Sequence record: NC_015287.1 | Strand: one strand, 5' to 3' | Length of the DNA stretch: 64,000 nt | In this document: positions 10,405 to 19,690 of the stretch, piece by piece | How positions within the stretch are numbered: the stretch's first letter is position 1 | Layout: each line of letters starts with the position of its first letter | The notes under the pieces: model-generated | Database searches by the model: none | What the model saw: the letters and a program-made list of their open reading frames with translations, nothing else | Told to the model about the DNA's origin: nothing | Translations under genes and position numbers: made by a program

Positions 10405-10429
10405 CATTCCCTTGAACTCTGACAGAGTT

Positions 10430-10480
10430 ATTGTACACCCTTTTGGGTGACTTGTCAAGTGACTCGTTTTAGGGTATAAT
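10430..10480. promoter_or_regulatory. Back-to-back sigma70 promoters sharing one -35 element
   Basis: Plus strand: TTGTCA(10452-57)-17 nt-TATAAT(10475-80). Minus strand: TTGACA(10458-53)-17 nt-TACAAT(10435-30). Confidence 0.75.
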
Positions 10481-10506
10481 AAAACTATTAAAAGAGGTAT
10501 AAAAAC

Positions 10507-10989
10507 ATGCCTGCAAAGGGAACAAGAAAAAGATCTGAACACTATGTAAATAACAAAGAGTTTTTGTATGCTATCGTTCAATATAAAGCGGACGTAAAAG
10601 CGGCGGAGGAAGCGGGAGACCCCAAACCACGCATTACAAATTATCTTGGTGAGTGTTTTGTAAAGATCGCAACTCACTTATCGTACAAACCAAACTTTGT
10701 TAACTATATGTTCAGAGAGGATATGATCTCGGACGGCATTGAAAACTGTGTTCAGTATATTCACAATTTCAATCCAGAGAAATCTACCAATCCTTTTGCA
10801 TATTTTACACAAATCATACACTATGCCTTCCTCAGACGAATACAGAAAGAGAAGAAGCAGATGGAGATCCGTGAAAAGATTATCGAGAAGTCTGGATACG
10901 ATGAAGTTATGCACGTTGACGATGATTACGGCGCTTCTAGTGACTATAATTCTATAAAGGAAGCAGTTCAAACAAAGATGAATCAATGA
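10507..10989 (+). CDS. gp55: Late-transcription sigma factor
   Basis: HYVNNKEF, EDMISDGIENC, NPFAYFTQIIHYAFLRRI. Confidence 0.94.
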   Translation: MPAKGTRKRSEHYVNNKEFLYAIVQYKADVKAAEEAGDPKPRITNYLGECFVKIATHLSYKPNFVNYMFREDMISDGIENCVQYIHNFNPEKSTNPFAYFTQIIHYAFLRRIQKEKKQMEIREKIIEKSGYDEVMHVDDDYGASSDYNSIKEAVQTKMNQ

Positions 10990-11210
10990 AGTTAACTCAA
11001 GATGTGATCGATAAGATTCAAGAAGCAATGAATCATACCAAGAAAGATGGTAGTATGAATTGGCAAGATGGTGATGAGATTGAGGTAAATCTAGCAGGGA
11101 CATTTGCTGCTGACAGGTTTATTGTTATCAAGAACAAGACGAAAGATCCTGTTGTGAGTGCTGCACCTCATCCTAACTATGATTATGAAAAGAAGGAGTG
11201 GAAGAAATGA
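10986..11210 (+). CDS. Hypothetical protein
   Basis: ORF coupled to gp55 by an ATGA overlap. Confidence 0.75.
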   Translation: MKLTQDVIDKIQEAMNHTKKDGSMNWQDGDEIEVNLAGTFAADRFIVIKNKTKDPVVSAAPHPNYDYEKKEWKK

Positions 11211-11359
11211 ACCTTTACTCAGTAAAGTTTGAACGTAAAGAAGTTTATACCGTAGAGATCAAAGCGAATGATGGATTCGGAGCAGTACACGCCGCAAAAA
11301 AATATAATGAAGACAAAGTTCTTGGTGTCACTTTACTCAAAGAAGGCGAAAATTCATGA
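11207..11359 (+). CDS. Small hypothetical protein (50 aa, MNLYSVKFER...)
   Basis: Not in the ORF track; fills the gap exactly, with ATGA overlaps at both ends. Confidence 0.65.
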   Translation: MNLYSVKFERKEVYTVEIKANDGFGAVHAAKKYNEDKVLGVTLLKEGENS

Positions 11360-12399
11360 AGATAGCAATCATCACGGATACCCACTTTGGTGGTAGGAGA
11401 GGTAGCAAAACATTTCACGATTTTTTTCAAAAGTTCTATGATGAAATCTTTTTCCCTGAGTTAGAGAAGAGAGGGATCAAGTATTGCATCCATATGGGAG
11501 ATGCTTTTGACAATCGTAAGAATATTGATTACTGGTCATTGAACTGGGCAAAGGAAAATGTTTATGACAAGTTCAAAAATTTGGGCGTGAAGGTTTGGCA
11601 ACTTGTAGGTAATCACGATATCTACTATAAGAATACGAATGAGATCAACTCGATTGATTCTCTTCTAGAACACTACGATAATGTCACTCCTGTCTCTACT
11701 CCAGATACATATGACATCAATGGATTCAAAGCAATGATGTTACCGTGGATATGTGAGGATAATTATAAGGAGACTTGTACTAAGATTGATGAGTCTGATG
11801 CAAAGATTGCTTTTGGTCATCTTGAGTTGCATGGATTTGAACTCTATCCAGGCATGACTCAGCAGGGTGGTATTGATAAAGGTATCATTGAAAAGTTTGA
11901 TACAGTATTCTCAGGACACTATCACACCAGAAGTAATGATGGTCAGGTATTCTACCTAGGCAATCCCTATGAGATGTATTGGAATGACTGTGGTGACAAG
12001 AGGGGATTCAATATTCTGGACACAGAGACTATGGAGATTGAGTTTGTAGAGAATACAAACACCATCTTCGAGAAGATATACTTTGATTCTACCCCTGCTG
12101 CAACATTCAAAGCACATTTGTACAAGGATAAGATTGTAAAACTGTTCGTTAAATCAAGAAAGAGTCAGTTAGAATATGACAAGTTCCTTGAAAAACTTCT
12201 AAAAGCTGGTATAATAGATTTGAAGGTAGTGGAAAACACTGCGATCAATGATACGGAAGTTGATCTTGATGGTGAGAAAGTTGAAGATACTCTTACGCTT
12301 CTAAATAAGTACATCGAGGACTCTGATTTTGATTTAGAAAAAGAAAGAGTCAAGAAACTTCTCAAGGAAGTCTACCTAGAAGCTTGCGAAGCAGAGTAA
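11356..12399 (+). CDS. gp47: Recombination nuclease subunit (Mre11/SbcD-like)
   Basis: Metallophosphoesterase motifs DTH, GDAFD, GNHD, GHLE, GHYH. Confidence 0.95.
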   Translation: MKIAIITDTHFGGRRGSKTFHDFFQKFYDEIFFPELEKRGIKYCIHMGDAFDNRKNIDYWSLNWAKENVYDKFKNLGVKVWQLVGNHDIYYKNTNEINSIDSLLEHYDNVTPVSTPDTYDINGFKAMMLPWICEDNYKETCTKIDESDAKIAFGHLELHGFELYPGMTQQGGIDKGIIEKFDTVFSGHYHTRSNDGQVFYLGNPYEMYWNDCGDKRGFNILDTETMEIEFVENTNTIFEKIYFDSTPAATFKAHLYKDKIVKLFVKSRKSQLEYDKFLEKLLKAGIIDLKVVENTAINDTEVDLDGEKVEDTLTLLNKYIEDSDFDLEKERVKKLLKEVYLEACEAE

Positions 12400-12686
12400 T
12401 GTACATCTTATCACTTGTTGGTCACGAAGGAGAGGGAGCGTATGCCGTCACTAATGATGACGGTCAGAAGGCTCTTTATCTTTTCCAGCAAGAAGATGAC
12501 GCTACTAGATATGCAGGGCTTCTAGAAGCGGAAGAATCCACCGTATTGACAGTTGTAGAAATAGATGATATGCTAGCTGTCGAAACCTGTAAGAAACACA
12601 AATACAAATACGTTATTATCACACCTGACGACATAGTGATTCCGCCAAAAGATTATGATAACATTCAAGACGATTCGGTGGCGTAA
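12399..12686 (+). CDS. Conserved hypothetical between gp47 and gp46
   Basis: ATG overlaps the gp47 stop (TAATG); LYLFQQEDDATRYA. Confidence 0.75.
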   Translation: MYILSLVGHEGEGAYAVTNDDGQKALYLFQQEDDATRYAGLLEAEESTVLTVVEIDDMLAVETCKKHKYKYVIITPDDIVIPPKDYDNIQDDSVA

Positions 12687-14379
12687 CTTTTTATCTACTG
12701 GTAATCAGTTTATAATTGTTAGTTTCCAAAAGTCTCCAACAAATTTGATAGTCGGACAAAATGGTGCAGGGAAATCCACGATATTGGATGCTCTGACCTT
12801 TGTTTTGTATAATAAACCATTCCGAAAGATTAAGAAAGCACAGTTAGTCAACACTGTGAATGATAAAGAGTGCGAAGTTCAGATAGAATTTGAGATCCAA
12901 GGCAAAATTTATACCATTGTCAGAGGTATGAAGCCAACTTTGTTTGAAATTTATATTGATGGAAAGAAACAAGATCAGTTTGCCAGTTCAAATGATCAAC
13001 AACAACATTTAGAAGACAATATTTTACGATTAAACTATAAATCTTTCACTCAGACTACCATTTTGGGTGCTGCTACGTTCGTTCCTTTCATGCAGTTGAG
13101 TCAAACTCATCGCAGAGAGATTGTAGAAGACGTTTTAGACATCAAAATTTTCTCTGGAATGGCAAAAATCCTCCGTGAGAAGATGAGTAGAGCGAATACA
13201 GAGATCAGAGAACTTACAATCAAGAAAGAATTGATTGAAGAGAAGATTCAGATGCAAAAAAGTTTCATCTCTGACCTTGATAAGACAGGACAAAATAAGA
13301 TCACAGAGATAAAAGTTAAGATTGATACACTCTTAAGGGATTCTTCATCTTTGATGTCTGATAATGAGCAAATTGCAACAAATATAAAGGAAAAATATCA
13401 ACCAGAACTGGATACCCTAACATCTGCTACAGGTTCTCTTAAGAAAAAGACCACAATCAAAGCAAAACTGGAACAAAAGATACAGAATATAACATCCGAT
13501 CATAAATTCTTTAAAGAAAACGTATCATGCCCTACATGTGGACAGCAAATTGAGGAGGATTTCAGGCTAAATAAAATTGGAATTATCGAGGGTAAGGTAA
13601 AGGAGATCAACTCCGCTTATCAAGACCTTCAAAAGTCTATAAACGAAGAACAGAAAAAAGAGGCCAGGTTTATAGATGTTTCTAAGCAGATCTCAACACT
13701 AACGCATGACATTTCAACGAACAATTTTAAAATTTCTGAGTATCAACGACAAATCCGAGATTATGAACAGGAAGTTCAAGACATTACCGAACAAATTGCA
13801 AACAGAAATACTGAACGAGCTACGCTTAGAGGCCTCAAAAGTGATTTAAAGACAGTAGAAACAGATAAAGCAAACCACACTGAGAATATCGAGTACTTGG
13901 ACTTTGCAAACTCCATGATGAAGGACTCTGGTGTCAAAGCAAAGATTATGAAAAGGTATTTGCCCATCATGAATCAGAAGATCAATAAGTATCTTCAGAT
14001 GATGGACTTCTATATCAATTTTACATTGGATGAACAGTTCAATGAGTGTATCAAGTCGCCTATTCATGAAAAATTCAGTTACGAATCGTTCTCTGAGGGC
14101 GAGAAAATGCGAATTGATCTTGCTATTTTGTTTACTTGGCGAGATATTGCTAAGATGAAGAACTCATCTTCTACCAACATACTCATTCTTGACGAAATAT
14201 TTGACAGTTCTCTGGACAGTAATGGTACAGATGAATTTGTAAAGATTATCAGGTATGTCATCAAGGATGCTTACATCTTTATGATCTCTCATAAGGTAGA
14301 TGAGTTGACAGATAGATTGGATAATATGATTACCTTTGAAAAGATGAATGGATTCTCAAAAGTGAGGTATTCTACATAG
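12655..14379 (+). CDS. gp46: Recombination ATPase subunit (Rad50/SbcC-like)
   Basis: Walker A GQNGAGKS, zinc hook CPTC, signature FSEGE, Walker B LILDE. Confidence 0.96.
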   Translation: MITFKTIRWRNFLSTGNQFIIVSFQKSPTNLIVGQNGAGKSTILDALTFVLYNKPFRKIKKAQLVNTVNDKECEVQIEFEIQGKIYTIVRGMKPTLFEIYIDGKKQDQFASSNDQQQHLEDNILRLNYKSFTQTTILGAATFVPFMQLSQTHRREIVEDVLDIKIFSGMAKILREKMSRANTEIRELTIKKELIEEKIQMQKSFISDLDKTGQNKITEIKVKIDTLLRDSSSLMSDNEQIATNIKEKYQPELDTLTSATGSLKKKTTIKAKLEQKIQNITSDHKFFKENVSCPTCGQQIEEDFRLNKIGIIEGKVKEINSAYQDLQKSINEEQKKEARFIDVSKQISTLTHDISTNNFKISEYQRQIRDYEQEVQDITEQIANRNTERATLRGLKSDLKTVETDKANHTENIEYLDFANSMMKDSGVKAKIMKRYLPIMNQKINKYLQMMDFYINFTLDEQFNECIKSPIHEKFSYESFSEGEKMRIDLAILFTWRDIAKMKNSSSTNILILDEIFDSSLDSNGTDEFVKIIRYVIKDAYIFMISHKVDELTDRLDNMITFEKMNGFSKVRYST

Positions 14380-14401
14380 TAGCATAGGTTTTTGTAACCG
14401 T

Positions 14402-14644
14402 ATGATACTAATAGATGGATGCCATTCACTAAAACTAGAGTGTGCCTTGAGGGACTTAGGTTTTATTGATATGGAATGGAGGACAGTGGCACATGCTGGA
14501 ATCTTTTTTGTACAACCTGTAGGTATGCCAAATGATCCCGAAGGAGATCTGCTAGGATTTACAATCACATATGAGAGTAGAGTAATAAAATTACAGAACA
14601 CTGCAAAGAAAGCCTTGGATACTGCATTGAGATGGTCGGGGTAG
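14402..14644 (+). CDS. Hypothetical protein
   Basis: 80-aa ORF filling the gap after gp46. Confidence 0.7.
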   Translation: MILIDGCHSLKLECALRDLGFIDMEWRTVAHAGIFFVQPVGMPNDPEGDLLGFTITYESRVIKLQNTAKKALDTALRWSG

Positions 14645-14721
14645 ACAGTTGACAAACTGGCACATGGTTGATTGAAATTGGCACAGGGTCGGTTATCATG
14701 TGTACATAGACAAGAAAACAA
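14643..14721 (+). promoter_or_regulatory. Early-type promoter with upstream dyad motif (copy A)
   Basis: ACAGTT-gaca-AACTGGCACA, 29 nt, TATCAT, then GTACATAGACAAGAA; near-duplicate of 16975-17056. Confidence 0.7.
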
Positions 14722-16977
14722 ATGCTTAAAAAGGTCAATTACGAAGTCAAAGGTCAACTCGCTAAACTGCTTGCTACCGAAGATTTGATCATCGAGAACA
14801 AGAGAGTCCCTACGGCCTCCTTTGATGTGGATCGTAGAGTATTGACCCTTCCAATGTGGGACAAGGCCTCTGCGACCGTATACGACCTTCTGGTGGGTCA
14901 TGAGGTTGGACACGCACTATACACACCCAATGAGAACTGGAAACTAAGGTATCCAGAAGTTCCTATGTCATTCGTCAACATCCTTGAGGATGTTCGTATC
15001 GAGAAGTTGATGAAGCGTAAGTACGCTGGTATCGTCAAGACATTCCACATGGGATACAAAGAACTTTCCGATCAGGATTTCTTTGAACTGGGTGAGAATG
15101 AAGTTGAAGATATGAATCTTCCAGACCGTATCAACATTCACCACAAGATTGGAAAGTTTGTTGACGTTCCTATGAGTGAAGATGAAGTATATTTCCGTGA
15201 CTCTGCACTCAATACTGATACCTTTGATGAGGTTCTAGAACTTGCTAATGAACTTCATGAGTTCATGAAGACACAGCACACAGAATCCATCAAGATTGAT
15301 CTGCCATTTGATGGTGCAGAGATGGAACAGGGTGGTGGTTCTAAGGTTGATCCAATTCCCTCTGAAGATAAGTCTGATAGTTTTGATTCGATTGAAAGTG
15401 AAAGTTCCGATGGCGAAGAATCTGAGGAGCAAGAGTCTGGTGATAACTCAGATGAGACCACTGGTTTCCCGCCTGAATTTTCTGATTCACCTATTGGTGG
15501 TGAACATTGTGACTTTGAAACTATCACTGACAAGCTTTTCTCTGATAACTTGGAGAACTTGAATGATAAGAATAGGAACACAGGTGTGTATGATACTGAT
15601 TACTGCACCATTCCAGAACTGAATCTTGAAACTGTCAAAGCTAAAAATGCAGACGTACACAAACATCTTGATGAAGAGTGGATTGCACAGCAACAACACT
15701 ACGATAATGAACTTCTCAAAGAAGAAAACAAGTATCGTATTCCTATGAATCTTTATGCAAGTGTTGACAATGAGTACAGACTCTTCCGTCGTTCTGCACA
15801 GAAAGAAGTCAACTATCTTGTAAAAGAGTTTGAGTGTCGTAAGTCTGCTGACGCATACGCTCGTGCTACAGTATCAAAGACAGGTGTTCTTGATTGCACA
15901 AAACTTCATTCATACAAGTACAATGAAGATCTGTTCAAAAAAGTCACCACTCTACCTGATGGCAAAAATCATGGACTTATCTTTGTCCTTGATTGGTCTG
16001 GATCTATGAGTAATGTTCTTAAGGACACAGTAAAACAGTTGTTCAACTTGATCTGGTTCTGTAAGAAAGTTCAGATTCCTTTCCAAGTATTCGCTTTTAC
16101 TAATGAGTGGAATCGTGGAGATAAACAGTTTGATGAGTATGGTAACTACAGAGGTTACGCTTACCCTAAAGATCACCATGTTAAGAAAGACGGTCAACTT
16201 TATATCGAAGCACAATTCGCAATGGTTGAGTTTCTAACAAGTGACTGTAAGAAGGGAGATCTAGAACATCAAATGATGAACATCTGGAGACTCATGAGTT
16301 GTCTTGATCAACGTGGTCGTTGGGACAGTTCTGTGTACTACCAGTGCCCAAGTCGTTTGAGTCTGTCTGGAACTCCTCTGAACGAAGCTCTTGTTTCCTT
16401 GAACCAGATCATTCCTGAGTTCAAAAAGAAGACAGGTGTTCAGAAGATTCAGTGCATCACTCTTACTGATGGTGAAGCACATCCTCTCAAGTTTCACAAA
16501 GAGTTCAAATCCAGGCAGGGTAATGAACAATACTTGGGAACACGTTCAGCACATGGTAACGTATTCATTCGTGACAAAAATGGTAGAACATATCATTGTG
16601 CAGACGCATACTATGATTTGACTACTGCACTACTCAATCAACTCAGGGGTCGTTTTCCTGATGTCAATTTCCTTGGTATCCGAGTTGTTGATAATCGTGA
16701 TTGCAACAGTTTTGTCCGTCGCTATGTTGACTATGACTATGAAAGACATCAAACCATCATGGCACAGTGGAGAAAAACAAAGTCTCTTATGATTACTGAG
16801 GGTGGTGGATACCATGCCTACTTCGGATTGTCCTCATCCGCACTCAACTCTGATTCTAGTTTTGAAGTGAAAGAAGATGCAACCAAAGCACAGATCAAGT
16901 CTGCTTTCAAGAAGTCACTTTCTGCAAAGAAAATGAACAAGAAAGTTCTAGGTCAGTTCATGAGTTACATCGCATAG
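14722..16977 (+). CDS. HExxH metallopeptidase-like plus VWA (CobT-like) domain protein
   Basis: LVGHEVGH near the N-terminus, an acidic linker, and MIDAS motifs LDWSGSM and LTDGE. Confidence 0.85.
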   Translation: MLKKVNYEVKGQLAKLLATEDLIIENKRVPTASFDVDRRVLTLPMWDKASATVYDLLVGHEVGHALYTPNENWKLRYPEVPMSFVNILEDVRIEKLMKRKYAGIVKTFHMGYKELSDQDFFELGENEVEDMNLPDRINIHHKIGKFVDVPMSEDEVYFRDSALNTDTFDEVLELANELHEFMKTQHTESIKIDLPFDGAEMEQGGGSKVDPIPSEDKSDSFDSIESESSDGEESEEQESGDNSDETTGFPPEFSDSPIGGEHCDFETITDKLFSDNLENLNDKNRNTGVYDTDYCTIPELNLETVKAKNADVHKHLDEEWIAQQQHYDNELLKEENKYRIPMNLYASVDNEYRLFRRSAQKEVNYLVKEFECRKSADAYARATVSKTGVLDCTKLHSYKYNEDLFKKVTTLPDGKNHGLIFVLDWSGSMSNVLKDTVKQLFNLIWFCKKVQIPFQVFAFTNEWNRGDKQFDEYGNYRGYAYPKDHHVKKDGQLYIEAQFAMVEFLTSDCKKGDLEHQMMNIWRLMSCLDQRGRWDSSVYYQCPSRLSLSGTPLNEALVSLNQIIPEFKKKTGVQKIQCITLTDGEAHPLKFHKEFKSRQGNEQYLGTRSAHGNVFIRDKNGRTYHCADAYYDLTTALLNQLRGRFPDVNFLGIRVVDNRDCNSFVRRYVDYDYERHQTIMAQWRKTKSLMITEGGGYHAYFGLSSSALNSDSSFEVKEDATKAQIKSAFKKSLSAKKMNKKVLGQFMSYIA

Positions 16978-17056
16978 ACCAGTTCACAAACTGGCACAGG
17001 GGTGGTTGATTCCACCTCTCCTTCCATTATAATGTATACATAGACAAGAACAAACA
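16975..17056 (+). promoter_or_regulatory. Early-type promoter with upstream dyad motif (copy B)
   Basis: CCAGTT-caca-AACTGG perfect dyad plus CACA, 29 nt, TATAAT(17028-33), then GTATACATAGACAAGAA. Confidence 0.75.
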
Positions 17057-18172
17057 ATGCCTTTTGAAGCTAAAGTGAATCCCGAATCACTCATCAACAA
17101 CCTTCGTGATCTTTACGGTAACAAGATCACATCCGCACACATCAAAGCATACTGTGCTCAGCATGATGTGACATATCAGACTGTTACAAAATATCTGCAA
17201 CAGTTCAAAACAACAAAAGGCAAGTGGAACCTCACTGCTAAGGAGAAGAAAGCAAAACTTGAAAGTTCCTATGCTGCTCCTGCTGTTGTACCTCCTGTAG
17301 AACAGAATCTTATTCCAGAGATTGATTCTAACTTTGTCAAGTTTGGAAACTTCTCTGATGTAAAGAAAATCATTCAGTCCAAACTTTTCTACCCATGCTT
17401 TATTACTGGTCTTTCTGGTAATGGTAAAACCTTTGGTGTGGAACAAGCATGTGCTCAACTGAAACGTGAAGTCGTTCGTGTAAACATTACCATTGAAACT
17501 GATGAAGATGATCTTATTGGCGGTTTCCGCCTTGTTAATGGTTCCACAGTCTGGCATAACGGACCCGTTATTGAAGCACTTGAGCGGGGAGCTATCTTGC
17601 TCCTTGACGAGATCGACCTCGCCAGTAACAAAATTCTCTGTCTCCAAAGCATCCTTGAAGGTAATGGTGTATTCCTTAAAAAAATTGGCCGATACGTCAA
17701 ACCATCTGACGGTTTCAACGTCATCGCAACCGCAAACACTAAAGGTAAAGGTTCAGACGACGGACGATTCATTGGAACTAACGTGCTCAACGAAGCCTTC
17801 CTTGAGCGATTCCCAGTAACCTTTGAACAGTCCTATCCTAGTCCAAAGACTGAGGAGAAAATCTTGACCAACTTGTGTGACGATAAAGAGTTCTGCAAGC
17901 GTCTTGTAGATTGGGGTGACATCATCCGTAAGACCTTCTTTGATGGTGGTGTTGAGGAAGTTATTTCCACACGTCGTCTTGTACATATCGTCAAGGCATA
18001 CGCTATCTGGAAGAACAAAGAGAAGGCAATCGAAGTATGTGTAAACCGCTTTGATGATGAAACAAAACAAGCGTTCCTTGATCTCTATGACAAGGTTGAT
18101 GCTGATGTAAACTTTGGAGGTGAAACTAAAACTGATGAACCTATGGAAGAACTACAAGTCCCTTCTGTATGA
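17057..18172 (+). CDS. cobS: MoxR/CobS-like AAA+ ATPase
   Basis: Walker A GLSGNGKT, Walker B LLLDEID, ATANTKG, NEAFLERF. Confidence 0.9.
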   Translation: MPFEAKVNPESLINNLRDLYGNKITSAHIKAYCAQHDVTYQTVTKYLQQFKTTKGKWNLTAKEKKAKLESSYAAPAVVPPVEQNLIPEIDSNFVKFGNFSDVKKIIQSKLFYPCFITGLSGNGKTFGVEQACAQLKREVVRVNITIETDEDDLIGGFRLVNGSTVWHNGPVIEALERGAILLLDEIDLASNKILCLQSILEGNGVFLKKIGRYVKPSDGFNVIATANTKGKGSDDGRFIGTNVLNEAFLERFPVTFEQSYPSPKTEEKILTNLCDDKEFCKRLVDWGDIIRKTFFDGGVEEVISTRRLVHIVKAYAIWKNKEKAIEVCVNRFDDETKQAFLDLYDKVDADVNFGGETKTDEPMEELQVPSV

Positions 18173-18767
18173 GGTCTTTCCAGAACTGTACCACCATTCA
18201 ACTTGGGCAGAGTGGGAGGGGAAAGGAACCTCTCTCACCGCTAAGTTGTATGGAACTGATAAAGATTGGTACATTAATAAGTCTAGGGAAGTTGAGATCT
18301 GGAATGAAAAATCCTGTATTTACAACACTATAATCTATCCTAGAACTGGTGAGAATCTACCATGCTTCGGTATGGATTTGATGGGATTTTTTGAAAAGAA
18401 AGTCATTATTGTTTTTGACTTTCAACACCCTATAGAAAACTGCCCTTTCTCTGTACAGGGTCTACCCAAGGCAGAACAAGATTATCGATTTTTTGAAATG
18501 GGTAATCATTTTTCTGATAACATCTATGTCAGGTATTGTACGTTTGCAGAAGTAGACGAACATTTAGATATGTTTAAAAAGTACTTGACTGTTTACAGAG
18601 ATATGTTAGAATCAAAGAAACCCAGCCAGAATCTCATGCACAAAACCTATCATGATTTTGACAAATACATGAGAAAACTAGATCCTGTAGGTGGGTATCT
18701 TTCTGGCAAATTCGGTAAAGAAAAATCAGAGAGTCTTGTAAACGATTTTCTATTTACATATGGTTAA
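18135..18767 (+). CDS. pebS: Phycoerythrobilin synthase (ferredoxin-dependent bilin reductase)
   Basis: IYNTIIYP.TG..LPCFGMDLM, KVIIVFDFQHP, RFFEMGNHFS, LDPV.GY...FG closely match cyanophage PebS as recalled. Confidence 0.88.
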   Translation: MNLWKNYKSLLYEVFPELYHHSTWAEWEGKGTSLTAKLYGTDKDWYINKSREVEIWNEKSCIYNTIIYPRTGENLPCFGMDLMGFFEKKVIIVFDFQHPIENCPFSVQGLPKAEQDYRFFEMGNHFSDNIYVRYCTFAEVDEHLDMFKKYLTVYRDMLESKKPSQNLMHKTYHDFDKYMRKLDPVGGYLSGKFGKEKSESLVNDFLFTYG

Positions 18768-19683
18768 TTCGTGGAGTCTATTAGGCTCAATCTTAAACGG
18801 TACATTTGATGAGGACTATCCAATCGTGAAAAAGAAAAGCTCCAAGAACGTCTCAGAAGCAACCAAAGAAGACTATCAAGATTTTTGGGAAGAAGATGGT
18901 TTCAGTGTTACTGGAAACCCTGCTCCTGCTTCCCCAGATGTCATTCATGTGACTTCTAGTTTTGGTGGACTAGGTTCTGAATTTTATGCCGATGCTAAAA
19001 AACAAAAAGAAAAAATGCCTAAAGAAGAACAAGATAAATTCATCTACGAGTCTCCCGATGGCGGAAAGACAGTAACTCGTAGAACACCAAAATCCGATAA
19101 GAAGGAAGTAATTCAAGGTGATTATTATAAAGATATTCCTTGGAGTGGTGTAGAGGACAATCGAGATAGCGACCTTGATTGGATTGAAAAGAGTGGTGGG
19201 TTTGAATGGACACCTGGCTCACCATGGCCACCAGAGGTTCCTGATGAACCTGTTCGGGATAAATCAGACCTTCCTACTGTTGGTGTCTCAACTGATATGG
19301 GGGTAGCTTTTGACTCAACGTATTATGGTGATTATATGGCGGACATGGATGATATGTATTCTCATCACTTTAATCACTATAGGAAACCAGTAGATGACGA
19401 TTTCAAGTATTTCAAGTATAATGAACATACAATGCTTGATAAAGCAAAGAACTATATTGCAAGTACATATGGTTCACACTATACTGGAGATAAGGGAACA
19501 CAAACCCTAGATCTAATTGAAGGTATTGGAGATGCGGAAGCATTTTGCCGATCCAATGCAATCAAATATCTCTCAAGATTCGGCAAGAAAGATGGTAAGA
19601 ATGAAACTGACATTCTAAAGGCCATTCACTATTGTACACTTTTATACCACTTCGCTGGTTTACATAATGACGACAGCAACTAA
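18760..19683 (+). CDS. Hypothetical with C-terminal DUF3310-like domain
   Basis: QTLDLIEGIGDAEAFCRSNAIKYLSRFGKK...DILKAIHY. Confidence 0.7.
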   Translation: MVNSWSLLGSILNGTFDEDYPIVKKKSSKNVSEATKEDYQDFWEEDGFSVTGNPAPASPDVIHVTSSFGGLGSEFYADAKKQKEKMPKEEQDKFIYESPDGGKTVTRRTPKSDKKEVIQGDYYKDIPWSGVEDNRDSDLDWIEKSGGFEWTPGSPWPPEVPDEPVRDKSDLPTVGVSTDMGVAFDSTYYGDYMADMDDMYSHHFNHYRKPVDDDFKYFKYNEHTMLDKAKNYIASTYGSHYTGDKGTQTLDLIEGIGDAEAFCRSNAIKYLSRFGKKDGKNETDILKAIHYCTLLYHFAGLHNDDSN

Positions 19684-19690
19684 GATCCCT

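Noticed and set aside
14388-14410. Possible NtcA site before the 14402 ORF
   Set aside because: Spacing is GTA-N9-TAC, not N8.
17057-18172. Cobalamin biosynthesis role for cobS
   Set aside because: No cobN or other pathway genes are present in the window; the name reflects AAA family similarity only.
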